A stretch of 59,152 nucleotides of DNA from an uncultured Planctomycetaceae bacterium (GTDB lineage Bacteria > Planctomycetota > Planctomycetia > Planctomycetales > Planctomycetaceae), in NCBI GenBank assembly GCA_963813715.1, contig CAWFAK010000011.1, forward strand, positions 1 to 59,152. Reading direction: 5' to 3'. The notes beneath the pieces were generated by a model. That model searched no databases. It saw only the letters and a list, made by a program, of their open reading frames with translations, and was not told the origin of the DNA. Below are positions 31,685 through 41,414 of this stretch, piece after piece (position 1 is the stretch's first letter; every line of letters begins with the position of its first letter). Position numbers and translations under genes: made by a program.

Positions 31685-33220
31685 ATGCTCGCCAGGCTCA
31701 CAACTTATTCGCTGCTCGGGATCGAGGCCCTGCCGGTTGAGGTCGAAGTCGATATCTCGCCCGGGGCGCTGCCCAAAACGATCCTAGTGGGAATGGCCGA
31801 GGCGGCCGTCAAGGAGAGCACGCCGCGGATCGAGCGGGCGCTGGTCAACGGCGGCTATCAGCGGCCCGTCGATCGCATCGTCATCAACCTCTCGCCGGCC
31901 GACTTGCCCAAAGAGGCCGCGTCTTTCGATCTGCCCATCGCGCTGGGCCTCTTGGCCGCGAGCGGGCAGCTGGCCTCGACCCGGTTCGACGGCTATGCGG
32001 CCACGGGCGAGTTGGCGCTCGACGGCACCGTGCGGCGGACCAAGGGCGTGCTGTCGATGGCTTTGGCCGCTCGCCAGCAGGGCAAGCGCGGCTTGCTGGT
32101 GCCGGCCGAGAACGCGCAGGAAGGTGCCGTCGTCGAAGGGCTCGAGATCATCGCCGTCGGCTCGCTGGCCGAAGCGGTCGGCTTCTACACCGAGCAGCTC
32201 GACATCGCGCCGACCCGCTTCGAATGGGACCAGGCCCGGCACACCTTCGGCAACTACGCGCTCGACTATGCCGACGTGAAAGGCCAAGAGTCGGCCAAGC
32301 GGGCCGTCACCGTCGCGGCGGCCGGTTCGCATCATCTTCTGATGATTGGCTCGCCGGGCACGGGCAAGACGCTGCTGGCCCAGCGACTGGGGACGATCCT
32401 GCCCGACTTAATGCGGGAAGAGAGCATCGAGACGACGCGGGTATATAGCGCGGTCGGGCGGCTCGCGCCGAATCAATCGCTGATGCTGTTGCGGCCGTTC
32501 CGGGCGCCGCACCACACGATTAGCGAGGCGGGACTGGTCGGCGGCGGCAGCACGCCCGCCCCGGGCGAGATCTCGCTCGCCCATCATGGCGTGCTGTTTC
32601 TCGACGAATTGCCGGAGTTCAATCGCCGCACGCTGGAAGTGCTCCGGCAACCCCTCGAGGAAAATCGCGTGACGATTTCGCGGGCGATGGGCAGCCTGAC
32701 TTTCCCGGCGAATCTGATGCTGGTGGCTGCGATGAATCCGTGCCCCTGTGGTTACCGCGGCGACCCGCGGCGGCAGTGCAATTGCACGCCAATGCAGATC
32801 GAACGATATTTGAGCCGGATCAGCGGGCCGCTGCTGGACCGGATCGATATCCACGTCGAGGTGCCGCCGGTCCCCTTCCGCGAACTGGCGGACACGGGCG
32901 GTGGCACGACGAGCGCCCAGATGCGCGAGCAGGTCGTCGCCGCTCGCGATCGACAGATCCAGCGTTTCCACGGCGAGACGTCGAAAGCAAACGGCAAGAT
33001 GGCCCCGCCGGAAATCCGCAAGCATTGCCGCCTCGCCCGCGACGCCGAGTCCCTCTTAAAGACCGCGATGGAAGAACTCGGCCTCTCCGCCCGCGCCCAC
33101 GACAAGATTCTCCGCGTCGGCCGCACGATCGCCGACCTTGCCGGCGCGGCGGACATCGCCGCCGAGCATTTGAGCGAGGCAATCAACTACCGCACACTCG
33201 ACCGGCGGTATTGGGCGTGA
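31685..33220 (+). CDS. comM: YifB/ComM family Mg-chelatase-like AAA ATPase
   Basis: INLSPADLPKEAASFDLPIALG, GSPGTGKT, RPFRAPHH, GVLFLDELPEF, AAMNPCPCG, ISGPLLDRID. Confidence 0.95.
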   Translation: MLARLTTYSLLGIEALPVEVEVDISPGALPKTILVGMAEAAVKESTPRIERALVNGGYQRPVDRIVINLSPADLPKEAASFDLPIALGLLAASGQLASTRFDGYAATGELALDGTVRRTKGVLSMALAARQQGKRGLLVPAENAQEGAVVEGLEIIAVGSLAEAVGFYTEQLDIAPTRFEWDQARHTFGNYALDYADVKGQESAKRAVTVAAAGSHHLLMIGSPGTGKTLLAQRLGTILPDLMREESIETTRVYSAVGRLAPNQSLMLLRPFRAPHHTISEAGLVGGGSTPAPGEISLAHHGVLFLDELPEFNRRTLEVLRQPLEENRVTISRAMGSLTFPANLMLVAAMNPCPCGYRGDPRRQCNCTPMQIERYLSRISGPLLDRIDIHVEVPPVPFRELADTGGGTTSAQMREQVVAARDRQIQRFHGETSKANGKMAPPEIRKHCRLARDAESLLKTAMEELGLSARAHDKILRVGRTIADLAGAADIAAEHLSEAINYRTLDRRYWA

Positions 33221-33334
33221 CTTCGGTTATGAAAGAATTCCGTTCGACGCATTCGAAAAGAGCACGGCTGAGCTGGGACGGCGCTCAGCCGTGGCACACG
33301 AAATAAGACCCGCGAGCGGAACGAGTCCCTTACG

Positions 33335-35809
33335 TCACTGCGCGTTAATGACATGTCCATCGTTCCGCATGATCAGCCACCTGAGATCGTCCTTGATGCG
33401 GTCGGTTTGGAATGATCGGGCGGAGCCGTCCGCGAACGCGGTGTTTAAGCGTCCTTTGACGAACCCTCCCAGCTCCGGCACCGGTTTCGTTGCGTCGAAG
33501 GGGATGTCCTCGGGCTTGGTCCAGGGAATGTTACGCTTGGCTTCGATGATCATGATCGTGTTGCTCGTCCCGTCCAGGATCTCGCTGATTTTGATACCGT
33601 CGGGCCCCTCGAAGACTGAGCCGGGCCCGTCGAAGGCGAAGTATCCGCTGTTGGTCGATTTGGGATCGTCATACGGGCTGCGGAACACGCCGGGCGCTTG
33701 CGCCAGCACTTTCTTGTTGGACTCGCTGTCCCAGGGTTCGTCGAATCGATACTGGTCGTAGAGTGGCTTCTGCTCCACGAGCGGGAGCAGCTCGACTCGC
33801 CAACTGTGGGGCGTTTTGCCGTCCGGCCCCATCACGACCGCGGGCGGAAAGTGACCGTGCACGTCGTGATAGTTGTGCATCGCCAGCGCGAGCTGTTTGA
33901 GATTGTCGCGGGTTCGGGTCGCGGCGTCGGTCGGCCTGCGGCGGCGAGCGGCGTTGACGCTGACCGGGATCCTTCCGGGGCCGAGTTTCTCGAGGTCGAT
34001 GCGGTGGCCATCGTTCCGCATGATCAGCCACTTGAGCTGGTCTTTGACCTTTTCGGTCTCGAACCGTCGGGCCGATCCGTCGCCGAGCGCCGTCGCGAAG
34101 TGTCCCTTCTCGAATCCTCCCAACTCGGGCAGCGGTTTCTCGGGATCGAAGGAGATGTCTTCGGGCTTGGTCCAGGGGATGGTTCGTTTGGCTTCCACGA
34201 TCATCACGGTGTTGCTCGTTCCGTCCGTGATGTTCTGGATCCGGATTCCGTCTTTGCCCTCAAAGATCGTGCCGGGACCGACGAGAACGTAGTAGCCGCT
34301 GTTCGTCGATTTGGGATCATCGTAGGGGTTGCGAAGGCAGGCGGGCATTTGCTCGAGCACCTGCTTGTTGTTCTCGCTGTCCCACGGCTCATCCATCCGA
34401 TACTGCTTGTACAGGTCGTTCGCATCCAAGAACGGCAGCAGCTCGACTCGCCAGCTGTGCGGCGTTTTGCCGTCTGGGCCGATCAAAACCGCTGGCGGGA
34501 AGTGTTTATTGACATCGTGGTAGTTGTGCATGGCCAGCACGAGTTGCTTGAGGTGATTGAAATCCTGAGCGATCTTGGCCCGGTCTTCGATGCGGCGATT
34601 CAGGTCTTGCGCCACCTCTTCCTGTTGCTGGAGCGGAGTCTTCGCCGGTCGCTCGGCTTGATTGAACGCGACCACCACAGGAGCCGCATCTTTGCTGTCG
34701 GCTCGATCGTCGCTAGCGACGGAGCCGCGAATTCCCGCGGCACACACGGCCGCGACCAGAACGGCCGCCACGCTCAAGAACACGATCGGGCGAGAAACGT
34801 CGGCGCCCAGCGACTTGGATCGGTGCAACATTTCGATTCTCCGGACGAACGTTTTGGAATTGGGAAGAAAAGCGTTGGCCGGCCACGCGAGTGGCTGATC
34901 GGCTTGCCGCAAGGCCATCGCCGCCAGCATCGTGACGTATTTGCGTTGCCCGCCGACGACTCGGGCCGCGGCGGCGTCGGCGGCCAGTTCCTGCTGCAAG
35001 CGGAGCCGGTTGGCCAGGCCGTGCACCAGCGGGTGATAGAAGTGCAACGCGACGCCGATTTGCGCGGCGATCCACGCGGCAAAGTCGTTGCGGCGGACGT
35101 GCTCGATCTCGTGGGCGAGCACCGCCTGCCGCTCGTCATCGGTCCAATTCCGCCAGTCGGACGGAAGCAGGAGCATCGGCCGCAGCCAACCGATCGTGGC
35201 GGGCGTGCTGAGCCGCGTCGCCTCGCGGAGCTCGATCCCCTTCACGCAGCCGAGCTGGGCGCACACGACGTCGGCAAGCTCGCCCAGTCGACGGTCGGTG
35301 ACGGGGTGAGAGTTGCGGCGGTAACTGCGCACGGCGGCAAATCCGAGCGCAATTCGCACTGCCATGCCGGCGACGCCGACGAAGTAAAGCGTCGCGACGA
35401 GTCCCAGCCAGTGATCGGCCAGTACCGTCCAGAGTCGCGACGAAGAGGAGGTCGGGACAGCGGCCTCGCTGAGCGAATCGCGGGGGATCGCATTCGCGTC
35501 CACGATGTCGTCATCGAGGCGCGACTGGGCGAAGCGATCGGGAATTTCGCGGCCGGCGGGTTCGGCCTGCTGACTGTGCAAATCGGCCGGGTGAGACCAG
35601 GCCAGCTTCTCCCAACCAAGATGCCACGCCGGCCAGGGGCTGAATGCGGTTACCGTCAGTCCGGCGACCGCCAGGAGAGCGGCGACGGCCACGGAGGCGC
35701 CGGCAGCCGGTCGGCGGCGACCCAAGAGCGAACCCACGCCGAGCGCGGCGCACGCCAGAACGCTCACTTGCACCGGGCACCACAACAGAATTTGGGTGAC
35801 GGAACTCAT
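33335..35809 (-). CDS. BlaR1-like M56 metallopeptidase fused to two tandem DUF1559-like domains
   Basis: AVLAHEIEHVRRND, FYHPL, QELAADAAA; two LKQL.LAMHNYHDV..HFPPAV...HSWRVELLP...DGTSNT repeats; ATGA overlap with blaI. Confidence 0.92.
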   Translation of the reverse strand: MSSVTQILLWCPVQVSVLACAALGVGSLLGRRRPAAGASVAVAALLAVAGLTVTAFSPWPAWHLGWEKLAWSHPADLHSQQAEPAGREIPDRFAQSRLDDDIVDANAIPRDSLSEAAVPTSSSSRLWTVLADHWLGLVATLYFVGVAGMAVRIALGFAAVRSYRRNSHPVTDRRLGELADVVCAQLGCVKGIELREATRLSTPATIGWLRPMLLLPSDWRNWTDDERQAVLAHEIEHVRRNDFAAWIAAQIGVALHFYHPLVHGLANRLRLQQELAADAAAARVVGGQRKYVTMLAAMALRQADQPLAWPANAFLPNSKTFVRRIEMLHRSKSLGADVSRPIVFLSVAAVLVAAVCAAGIRGSVASDDRADSKDAAPVVVAFNQAERPAKTPLQQQEEVAQDLNRRIEDRAKIAQDFNHLKQLVLAMHNYHDVNKHFPPAVLIGPDGKTPHSWRVELLPFLDANDLYKQYRMDEPWDSENNKQVLEQMPACLRNPYDDPKSTNSGYYVLVGPGTIFEGKDGIRIQNITDGTSNTVMIVEAKRTIPWTKPEDISFDPEKPLPELGGFEKGHFATALGDGSARRFETEKVKDQLKWLIMRNDGHRIDLEKLGPGRIPVSVNAARRRRPTDAATRTRDNLKQLALAMHNYHDVHGHFPPAVVMGPDGKTPHSWRVELLPLVEQKPLYDQYRFDEPWDSESNKKVLAQAPGVFRSPYDDPKSTNSGYFAFDGPGSVFEGPDGIKISEILDGTSNTIMIIEAKRNIPWTKPEDIPFDATKPVPELGGFVKGRLNTAFADGSARSFQTDRIKDDLRWLIMRNDGHVINAQ

Positions 35810-36189
35810 TGTTGCTGCTCCCGCAGAATTTTTTCGAGAAGGGCCCGCTCCTTCGCGGTGAGTTTGCGGTCCTCGGTCAGCCGCACGAGCAAGTGTTCCC
35901 GCGAGCCGCGGAACACTCGCTTGACCAGATCGCCCAACAGGCGGCCGGACACATCGTCGAAGGTGCGGATCGGCTCGTACCGGAAGGGACGCTCGTCGTT
36001 GGTCTGCCGCACGAACTCCTTCTCCATCAGAATCCGCACGAGCGTGGCGACGGTGGTGTACGCCAGGTCGCGGCCGGCAGTGGCCAGCGCCTCGCGGACT
36101 TCGCCCGCCGTCAGCGCGCCCTGCTTCCAGAAGACGTGCATGATTTCCAGTTCGCGTTCGGTCAGTTCCGTTGCTTTGGGTCGGGCCAT
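35806..36189 (-). CDS. BlaI/MecI/CopY family transcriptional repressor
   Basis: LTERELEIMHVFW...LAYTTVATLVRIL..K...VFRGSREHLL. Confidence 0.95.
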   Translation of the reverse strand: MARPKATELTERELEIMHVFWKQGALTAGEVREALATAGRDLAYTTVATLVRILMEKEFVRQTNDERPFRYEPIRTFDDVSGRLLGDLVKRVFRGSREHLLVRLTEDRKLTAKERALLEKILREQQQ

Positions 36190-36242
36190 CGCTGCTCCCG
36201 TGTGTTCGCCAGCACGATGTTTGGTTATTTAGATTTGGTTTG

Positions 36243-36271
36243 ATAGTAGTCGTGAGATGGCGAGCCGTCAA
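36243..36271 (-). promoter_or_regulatory. Sigma70-like promoter of the blaI-M56 operon
   Basis: Minus strand TTGACG, 17-bp spacer, TACTAT. Confidence 0.7.
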
Positions 36272-36341
36272 GGATCTTTTTTCGAGAATTGTCCGCACCG
36301 ACGCTACCAACGCGCAGATGTCCAGCGACATCCGGATCCAA

Positions 36342-36370
36342 TTGACAGGTCCGGCCGATTGAGATATCCC
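36342..36370 (+). promoter_or_regulatory. Possible sigma70 promoter of sulP
   Basis: TTGACA, 17-bp spacer, TATCCC (weak -10). Confidence 0.4.
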
Positions 36371-36441
36371 TGCCGGCCCATTTCGTCTCGATTTCTCGCT
36401 GATTTCTTGGTGAAAAGAGGGCCGCTTGGCGGCCGCGTTCC

Positions 36442-38115
36442 ATGTCGCTTCCTCTGCCGAAGTCGATCCTCTGTCTTCGCGATTATCGGTTCCCCACGTT
36501 TGTCTCCGACCTTGTCGCCGGTTTGACCGTGGGGTTGGTGGCGCTGCCGTTGGCAATGGCGTTTGCCATCTCTTCCGGGGTCTCGCCGCAAGCGGGTTTA
36601 TATACGGCCGTCGTTGCCGGGTTCTTGATCTCGGCGCTCGGCGGGTCGAAGACGCAGATCGGCGGACCGACGGGTGCGTATGTCGTCGTCGTGTTCGCGA
36701 TCGTCGCTCAGCACGGCCTGGACGGACTGCTCGTCTGCACGATGCTCGCGGGCGTGATGCTCTTGCTGCTGGGGCTGACCGGGCTTGGTTCGATGGTGCG
36801 GTTCATTCCGCGGCCCGTGACGATTGGCTTTACCAACGGCATCGCCGTGTTGATCGCCAGCACCCAGATTAAGGATTTCTGCGGACTCAAGATCGACAAG
36901 ATGCCCGGGGACTTCGTCGGCCGCATGACGGCCATCGTGAGCCACCTCGACACGTACTCGGTCGCATCGCTGCTTTTGGCCGCGGCGTCGGTGATCGTGA
37001 TTCTTTGCTTTCGCCGCTTTGCGAAACGCGTGCCGGGCTCGATCGTCGCGCTCGTCGTCGCCACCGTCGTGGTCGTGATCTGGCGCCTGCCGGTGGAGAG
37101 TATCGGCACACGCTTCGGCGGAATTCCCAGCGGGCTGCCGACATTTGCTTTACCCCAATTCCACGCAAACCAGATTGTGCCACTGCTTTCACCGGCGTTG
37201 ACGGTCGCCTTGCTGGGCGCGATCGAATCGTTGATGTCGGCCGTCGTTTCCGATCGGATGAGCGGCGACCAGCACGACCCCAACGTGGAACTCGTTGCCC
37301 AAGGCCTGGCCAATATCGCCTCGCCGCTGTTTGGCGGCATTCCGGCGACGGGGGCCATTGCCCGCACGGCAACGAACATTCGCTCGGGCGGCAAGACGCC
37401 CGTGGCGGGAATGATCCACGCATTCACGCTCTTGGCCGTCCTCCTATTTGCGGCGCCGCTGGCCCAATACATCCCGCTGGCCGTGCTGGCCGCCATCCTG
37501 ATGGTCGTCAGCTACAACATGGGCGAATGGAGCGAAATCCCCAAGCTCCTCAAGATGACCTGGGCCGACATCAGCGTCTGGTTGGTGACGTTCGCACTCA
37601 CGGTTTTTGCCGATCTCAGCCTGGCCGTCGAAGTCGGAATGCTGCTGGCCGCGTGGCTCTACATTCACAAGGTGACGCGGACGACGACCGTCACGAAAGT
37701 CACGCGCGAATATGTCGAAGAAGGCCGCCTGCACATCCTGCAGGACAAGCCGATTCCCGAATACGTCACCGTCTTTCGCATTCACGGCCCATTCCTGTTC
37801 GGGGCCGCCGAGAAGCTGAGGCAAATCGTCGACGAATTGGATCAGCTGGCACCGATCGTCATCCTGCGGTTGCGCAACATGACGGCGATCGATGCCACCG
37901 GTCTGCTGACCCTCGAAGAGCTGGCCGACAAGCTGCATGCGTCGGGTCGCGAGCTGATTGTCTGCGGAGCCCGACCGCAGCCCGCCGCCTTGTTGCACCA
38001 GGCCCAGTTCGAAGCGCACATCGGCGAGCAGAATGTGTGCCCGAACATTAGTGCGGCACTCGAGCGGGCCAAGACGATTTTCACCACTCCGCGTCCGGTC
38101 CGCCGCTCGGCCTGA
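36442..38115 (+). CDS. SulP family anion/dicarboxylate transporter with STAS domain
   Basis: DLVAGLTVGLVALPLAMAFA, QIGGPTGA, GAIARTATN, HGPFLFGAA, IDATG. Confidence 0.96.
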   Translation: MSLPLPKSILCLRDYRFPTFVSDLVAGLTVGLVALPLAMAFAISSGVSPQAGLYTAVVAGFLISALGGSKTQIGGPTGAYVVVVFAIVAQHGLDGLLVCTMLAGVMLLLLGLTGLGSMVRFIPRPVTIGFTNGIAVLIASTQIKDFCGLKIDKMPGDFVGRMTAIVSHLDTYSVASLLLAAASVIVILCFRRFAKRVPGSIVALVVATVVVVIWRLPVESIGTRFGGIPSGLPTFALPQFHANQIVPLLSPALTVALLGAIESLMSAVVSDRMSGDQHDPNVELVAQGLANIASPLFGGIPATGAIARTATNIRSGGKTPVAGMIHAFTLLAVLLFAAPLAQYIPLAVLAAILMVVSYNMGEWSEIPKLLKMTWADISVWLVTFALTVFADLSLAVEVGMLLAAWLYIHKVTRTTTVTKVTREYVEEGRLHILQDKPIPEYVTVFRIHGPFLFGAAEKLRQIVDELDQLAPIVILRLRNMTAIDATGLLTLEELADKLHASGRELIVCGARPQPAALLHQAQFEAHIGEQNVCPNISAALERAKTIFTTPRPVRRSA

Positions 38116-38223
38116 CCGGGAACTGGCCCGCCTAGTCGGCCCGCCGCGACGCCGATATTCTTCCGGTCGCTGCTCGTTTCAACATGATCAGTATGATCAG
38201 AGCTGAATGATCGGAGCCGACCG

Positions 38224-38811
38224 ATGAAGTTCGCGCGATGGACCTTTGGCGTGGCCGGCGTCTATGGCGTGCTGGCGATTTTACCGTTGTATTTCTTGGA
38301 AGGCCGCATCGCCCAAGAGACTCCACCGGCGATCACGCATCCGGAGTTCTTCTACGGATTCGTCGGCGTCGGTTTAGCCTGGCAGCTGGCCTTTCTGTGC
38401 ATCGCCTCCGATCCGGCTCGCTATCGACTGATCATGCTTCCGGCCGTGGTGGAGAAATTCTCGTTTGCGATCGCCGCGGCCGTGCTGTACTTCAACGGTC
38501 GACTGGCGGCGACGATGCTCGGTTTCGCCACTCTCGATGCCCTGTTGGGCGTGCTGTTCCTTGTCGCCTATCGTAAAACGGCCAGTTCCTCCATCACGTC
38601 GGCAGCAGGCGAGCGAGAGCTGACCGCCCGCGTCGGACTCCAGTCCATGGCCCGACTGGCAACTCAGCAGGGTCTCGACGCCGAGATCGAGCGGCTCGCC
38701 GTCGCCAAGGAAGAGGCCGTAGTCAAGCAAGACTTTCGGCACGCAGCCTGGCTCCGCGACCGGGGCGACGACCTGAAAAAGTTGAAAGAATCGTGGCCTC
38801 GACACGAGTGA
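38224..38811 (+). CDS. Four-TM membrane protein with a C-terminal UvrB/UvrC (UVR) motif
   Basis: Four hydrophobic segments, then IERLAVAKEEAVVKQDFRHAAWLRD. Confidence 0.75.
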   Translation: MKFARWTFGVAGVYGVLAILPLYFLEGRIAQETPPAITHPEFFYGFVGVGLAWQLAFLCIASDPARYRLIMLPAVVEKFSFAIAAAVLYFNGRLAATMLGFATLDALLGVLFLVAYRKTASSSITSAAGERELTARVGLQSMARLATQQGLDAEIERLAVAKEEAVVKQDFRHAAWLRDRGDDLKKLKESWPRHE

Positions 38812-38949
38812 GTGCCGCGGACCTCGTACAGCGACATCGCTCCTTGAAGTTGCTCTTTGTCGCGGACGGGTCGTTCGCCATACTCCGCCGGTCGAGCGGT
38901 CGTCTGCTGTCCCGATCTCGCACTTCCGCGCCGCGGAGTTTCGCTGGCC

Positions 38950-40378
38950 TTGAATGTCGTTTCTCTGCCACAGACCCGTCGTCCTGCGGCCCACTTGGTG
39001 GGCATCTGCGGCTCCGGGATGAAGTCGCTCGCGGGGCTGTTGCTCGATCGGGGTTGGGCGATCAGCGGCTCTGATTTGAATCCTTCCGAGTCGTGTCTCG
39101 AGTGGCTGCGGACGCGGGGCATCGCGGCACAGGCAGGGCATGCGGCCGAGAACGTGCCGCGCGGCACGGAGCTGGTGATCTATAGTGCCGCGGTTCCGGC
39201 CCAGAACCCGGAACGAGTGGCGGCCCGCGCCCGCAGTATCCCCGAGCGATCGTACAGCCAGATGTTGGGCCAGTTGATGCGGCAACACCAGGGCGTCGGC
39301 ATTGCCGGAACTCACGGCAAGAGCACGACGGCGGCGATGACCGCCACTGTGCTGCGCGCCGCCGGCCGCGAGCCGACCGCTTGTGTCGGCGCGGAGTTGT
39401 GCGCGCTCGGCGTCGGCGGCTGGGCCGGGTCGGGTGATTTGTTCGTGGCCGAATGCTGCGAGTTTCGCCGCAGCTTCCTCGATCTCAATCCAACTTACGC
39501 CGCCATCCTCAACATCGAGGCTGATCACTTCGATTGCTTTCAAAACCTGGGCGAAACTGCGCGAGGCCTTTCGTCAATTTGCCTCTCGCGTGCCGAGGGA
39601 AGGACTGCTCGCCGTTCGCGCCGATTGTCGAGCTGCCCTGGAGGCGGAACAGGCGTCGGCCGCGCGCATCTCGCCGGCGCGAATTGAAACGTTCGCGCTC
39701 GCTCCGCCGGCAACCTGGTTTGCCGAGAACTTGCGACCGACCGCGGACGGAATCGCGTTCGACGCCGTCTATCGGGGCCAGGTATTCGGCCGCTTTGCGC
39801 TCCGCGTGCCCGGACGACACAACGTGCTCAACGCGCTGGCGACGCTCGCGCTCTGCCGGGCGATCGGCGTGTCGAGCGCGGATCTGCAGGCCGGGCTGGC
39901 CGAGTTTCGGGGAGTTTGCCGCCGCTTCGAGCTGTTGGGCACACCGCGGGGGCTGACGTGGATCGACGACTTTGCCCATCATCCGACCGAAGTGCGGGCC
40001 ACGCTCGAGGCGGCTCGCCAGCGGTTCGGCCGGCGACGCGTCTGGTGCCTGTTCCAGCCGCACCAGATCTCGCGCTTGCGGGCCCTGCGGGGAGAGTTTG
40101 CCAAGAGCTTCGAGCGGGCCGACCAGGTTTTGATTGCGCCAGTCTTTGCGGCCCGGGAAATTCGCGGAGGCGAAGCCGACTCGCTCTCCCAAGAATTGGC
40201 AGCCGAAATCGCCGGCAGCGGCCGGCCGGCGCGGTTTTGCCCCGACCTTGACCGGATGGTGGCAACAATAGACGATGAAGCCCGCGCGGGCGACGTCGTG
40301 ATTTCGATGGGCGCGGGGGACATCAACCGGGTTTATCATGCCTTTACTCGACGCCTTCAAAGAAATCTCGCTTCTTGA
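38950..40378 (+). CDS. murC: UDP-N-acetylmuramate--L-alanine ligase (frameshift near 39560; start uncertain)
   Basis: HLVGICGSGM, IAGTHGKSTT, NIEADHFD, PGRHNVLNA, DDFAHHPTE, FQPH, MGAGD. Confidence 0.92.
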
Positions 40379-41216
40379 CGAACCGCTGGCCCCGTACACC
40401 TGGATGAAAGTCGGCGGTCCCGCGCAGTTCCTCGTCCGCCCGCGAAATCCCGACGAGCTGCTCGAAGTCGTCCGTTTTTGCCACGACGAGCAAATCCCCA
40501 TCCGCGTGCTGGGCGGCGGCTCGAACATCCTGGTGCGGGACGAAGGCGTCAGCGGAGCCGTCCTGCAGCTGGTGGACGACTCGTTCGGCCAGATCACCGT
40601 CGACGGCACAACCGTGCGGGCCGGAGCCGGAGCACTCCTCCCCGAGTTGATCTCGCACTCCGTGAAGGCCGAGCTGGCTGGCCTCGAAACCCTATCCGGC
40701 ATCCCGGGTACGATCGGCGGGGCGCTGCGGGGCAACGCGGGCGGACGCAGCGGCGACATCGGCCAGTTCGTCGAAAGCGTCACCGTGATGAGCGCCACGG
40801 GCGAGATCTCGACCCGGAAGGGAAATGACCTCTGGTTCGGGTACCGCGCGAGCAACATCGACGAACTCTTGATCCTGGAGGCCACTTTCGCGCTGCAGCC
40901 GGGCGATACGCAGGAAATCACCCGCCGCATGCGCAAGCTGTGGATCATGAAGAAGGCCACGCAGCCCCTTTCGTTCCAGTCGGCCGGCTGTATCTTCAAG
41001 AATCCGCGGGGGTTAAGTGCCGGCTCGCTGATCGAACAGGCGGGCCTGAAAGGCATTCGAGTCGGCCAGGCGGAAATCAGTGACCGCCACGCGAACTTCA
41101 TCGTCACGCATCCCAACGCCAAGTCGGACGACGTACTGCGTCTGATCGACCTGGCCCGCTCCCGGATCGCCGAGCAGTTCGGAGTCGATCTGGAGCTGGA
41201 AATCAAAATCTGGTAA
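40338..41216 (+). CDS. murB: UDP-N-acetylmuramate dehydrogenase
   Basis: VGGPA, LGGGSNILV, GIPGTIGGA, SAGCIFKNP, HANFIV, LELEI. Confidence 0.96.
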   Translation: MPLLDAFKEISLLDEPLAPYTWMKVGGPAQFLVRPRNPDELLEVVRFCHDEQIPIRVLGGGSNILVRDEGVSGAVLQLVDDSFGQITVDGTTVRAGAGALLPELISHSVKAELAGLETLSGIPGTIGGALRGNAGGRSGDIGQFVESVTVMSATGEISTRKGNDLWFGYRASNIDELLILEATFALQPGDTQEITRRMRKLWIMKKATQPLSFQSAGCIFKNPRGLSAGSLIEQAGLKGIRVGQAEISDRHANFIVTHPNAKSDDVLRLIDLARSRIAEQFGVDLELEIKIW

Positions 41217-41414
41217 GAGGATGCCCCCGCCGCCCCCTCCGGGTCGGCCCCTCCGTTCGCGCGGGCTTTGTCCGCCGCGATCGGCTTCGACCAGTTCGCG
41301 CACTTCCCTGGTGACGCGCTCGAGCGGTCGACGACGGGGCGAAGCGTCACTCGCTTCCCCAGACTGGCGGCCAAAAACATTTTGCGTACACCGGACCGCA
41401 AGGAGGCGGTCGGC

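Noticed and set aside
31685..33220. comM disrupted by a mobile element
   Set aside because: comM is a known insertion hotspot but is intact here
33335..36556. 1073-aa ORF including a long N-terminal extension
   Set aside because: The extension overlaps blaI in another frame and the sulP start; the real start is the ATGA-coupled ATG at 35809
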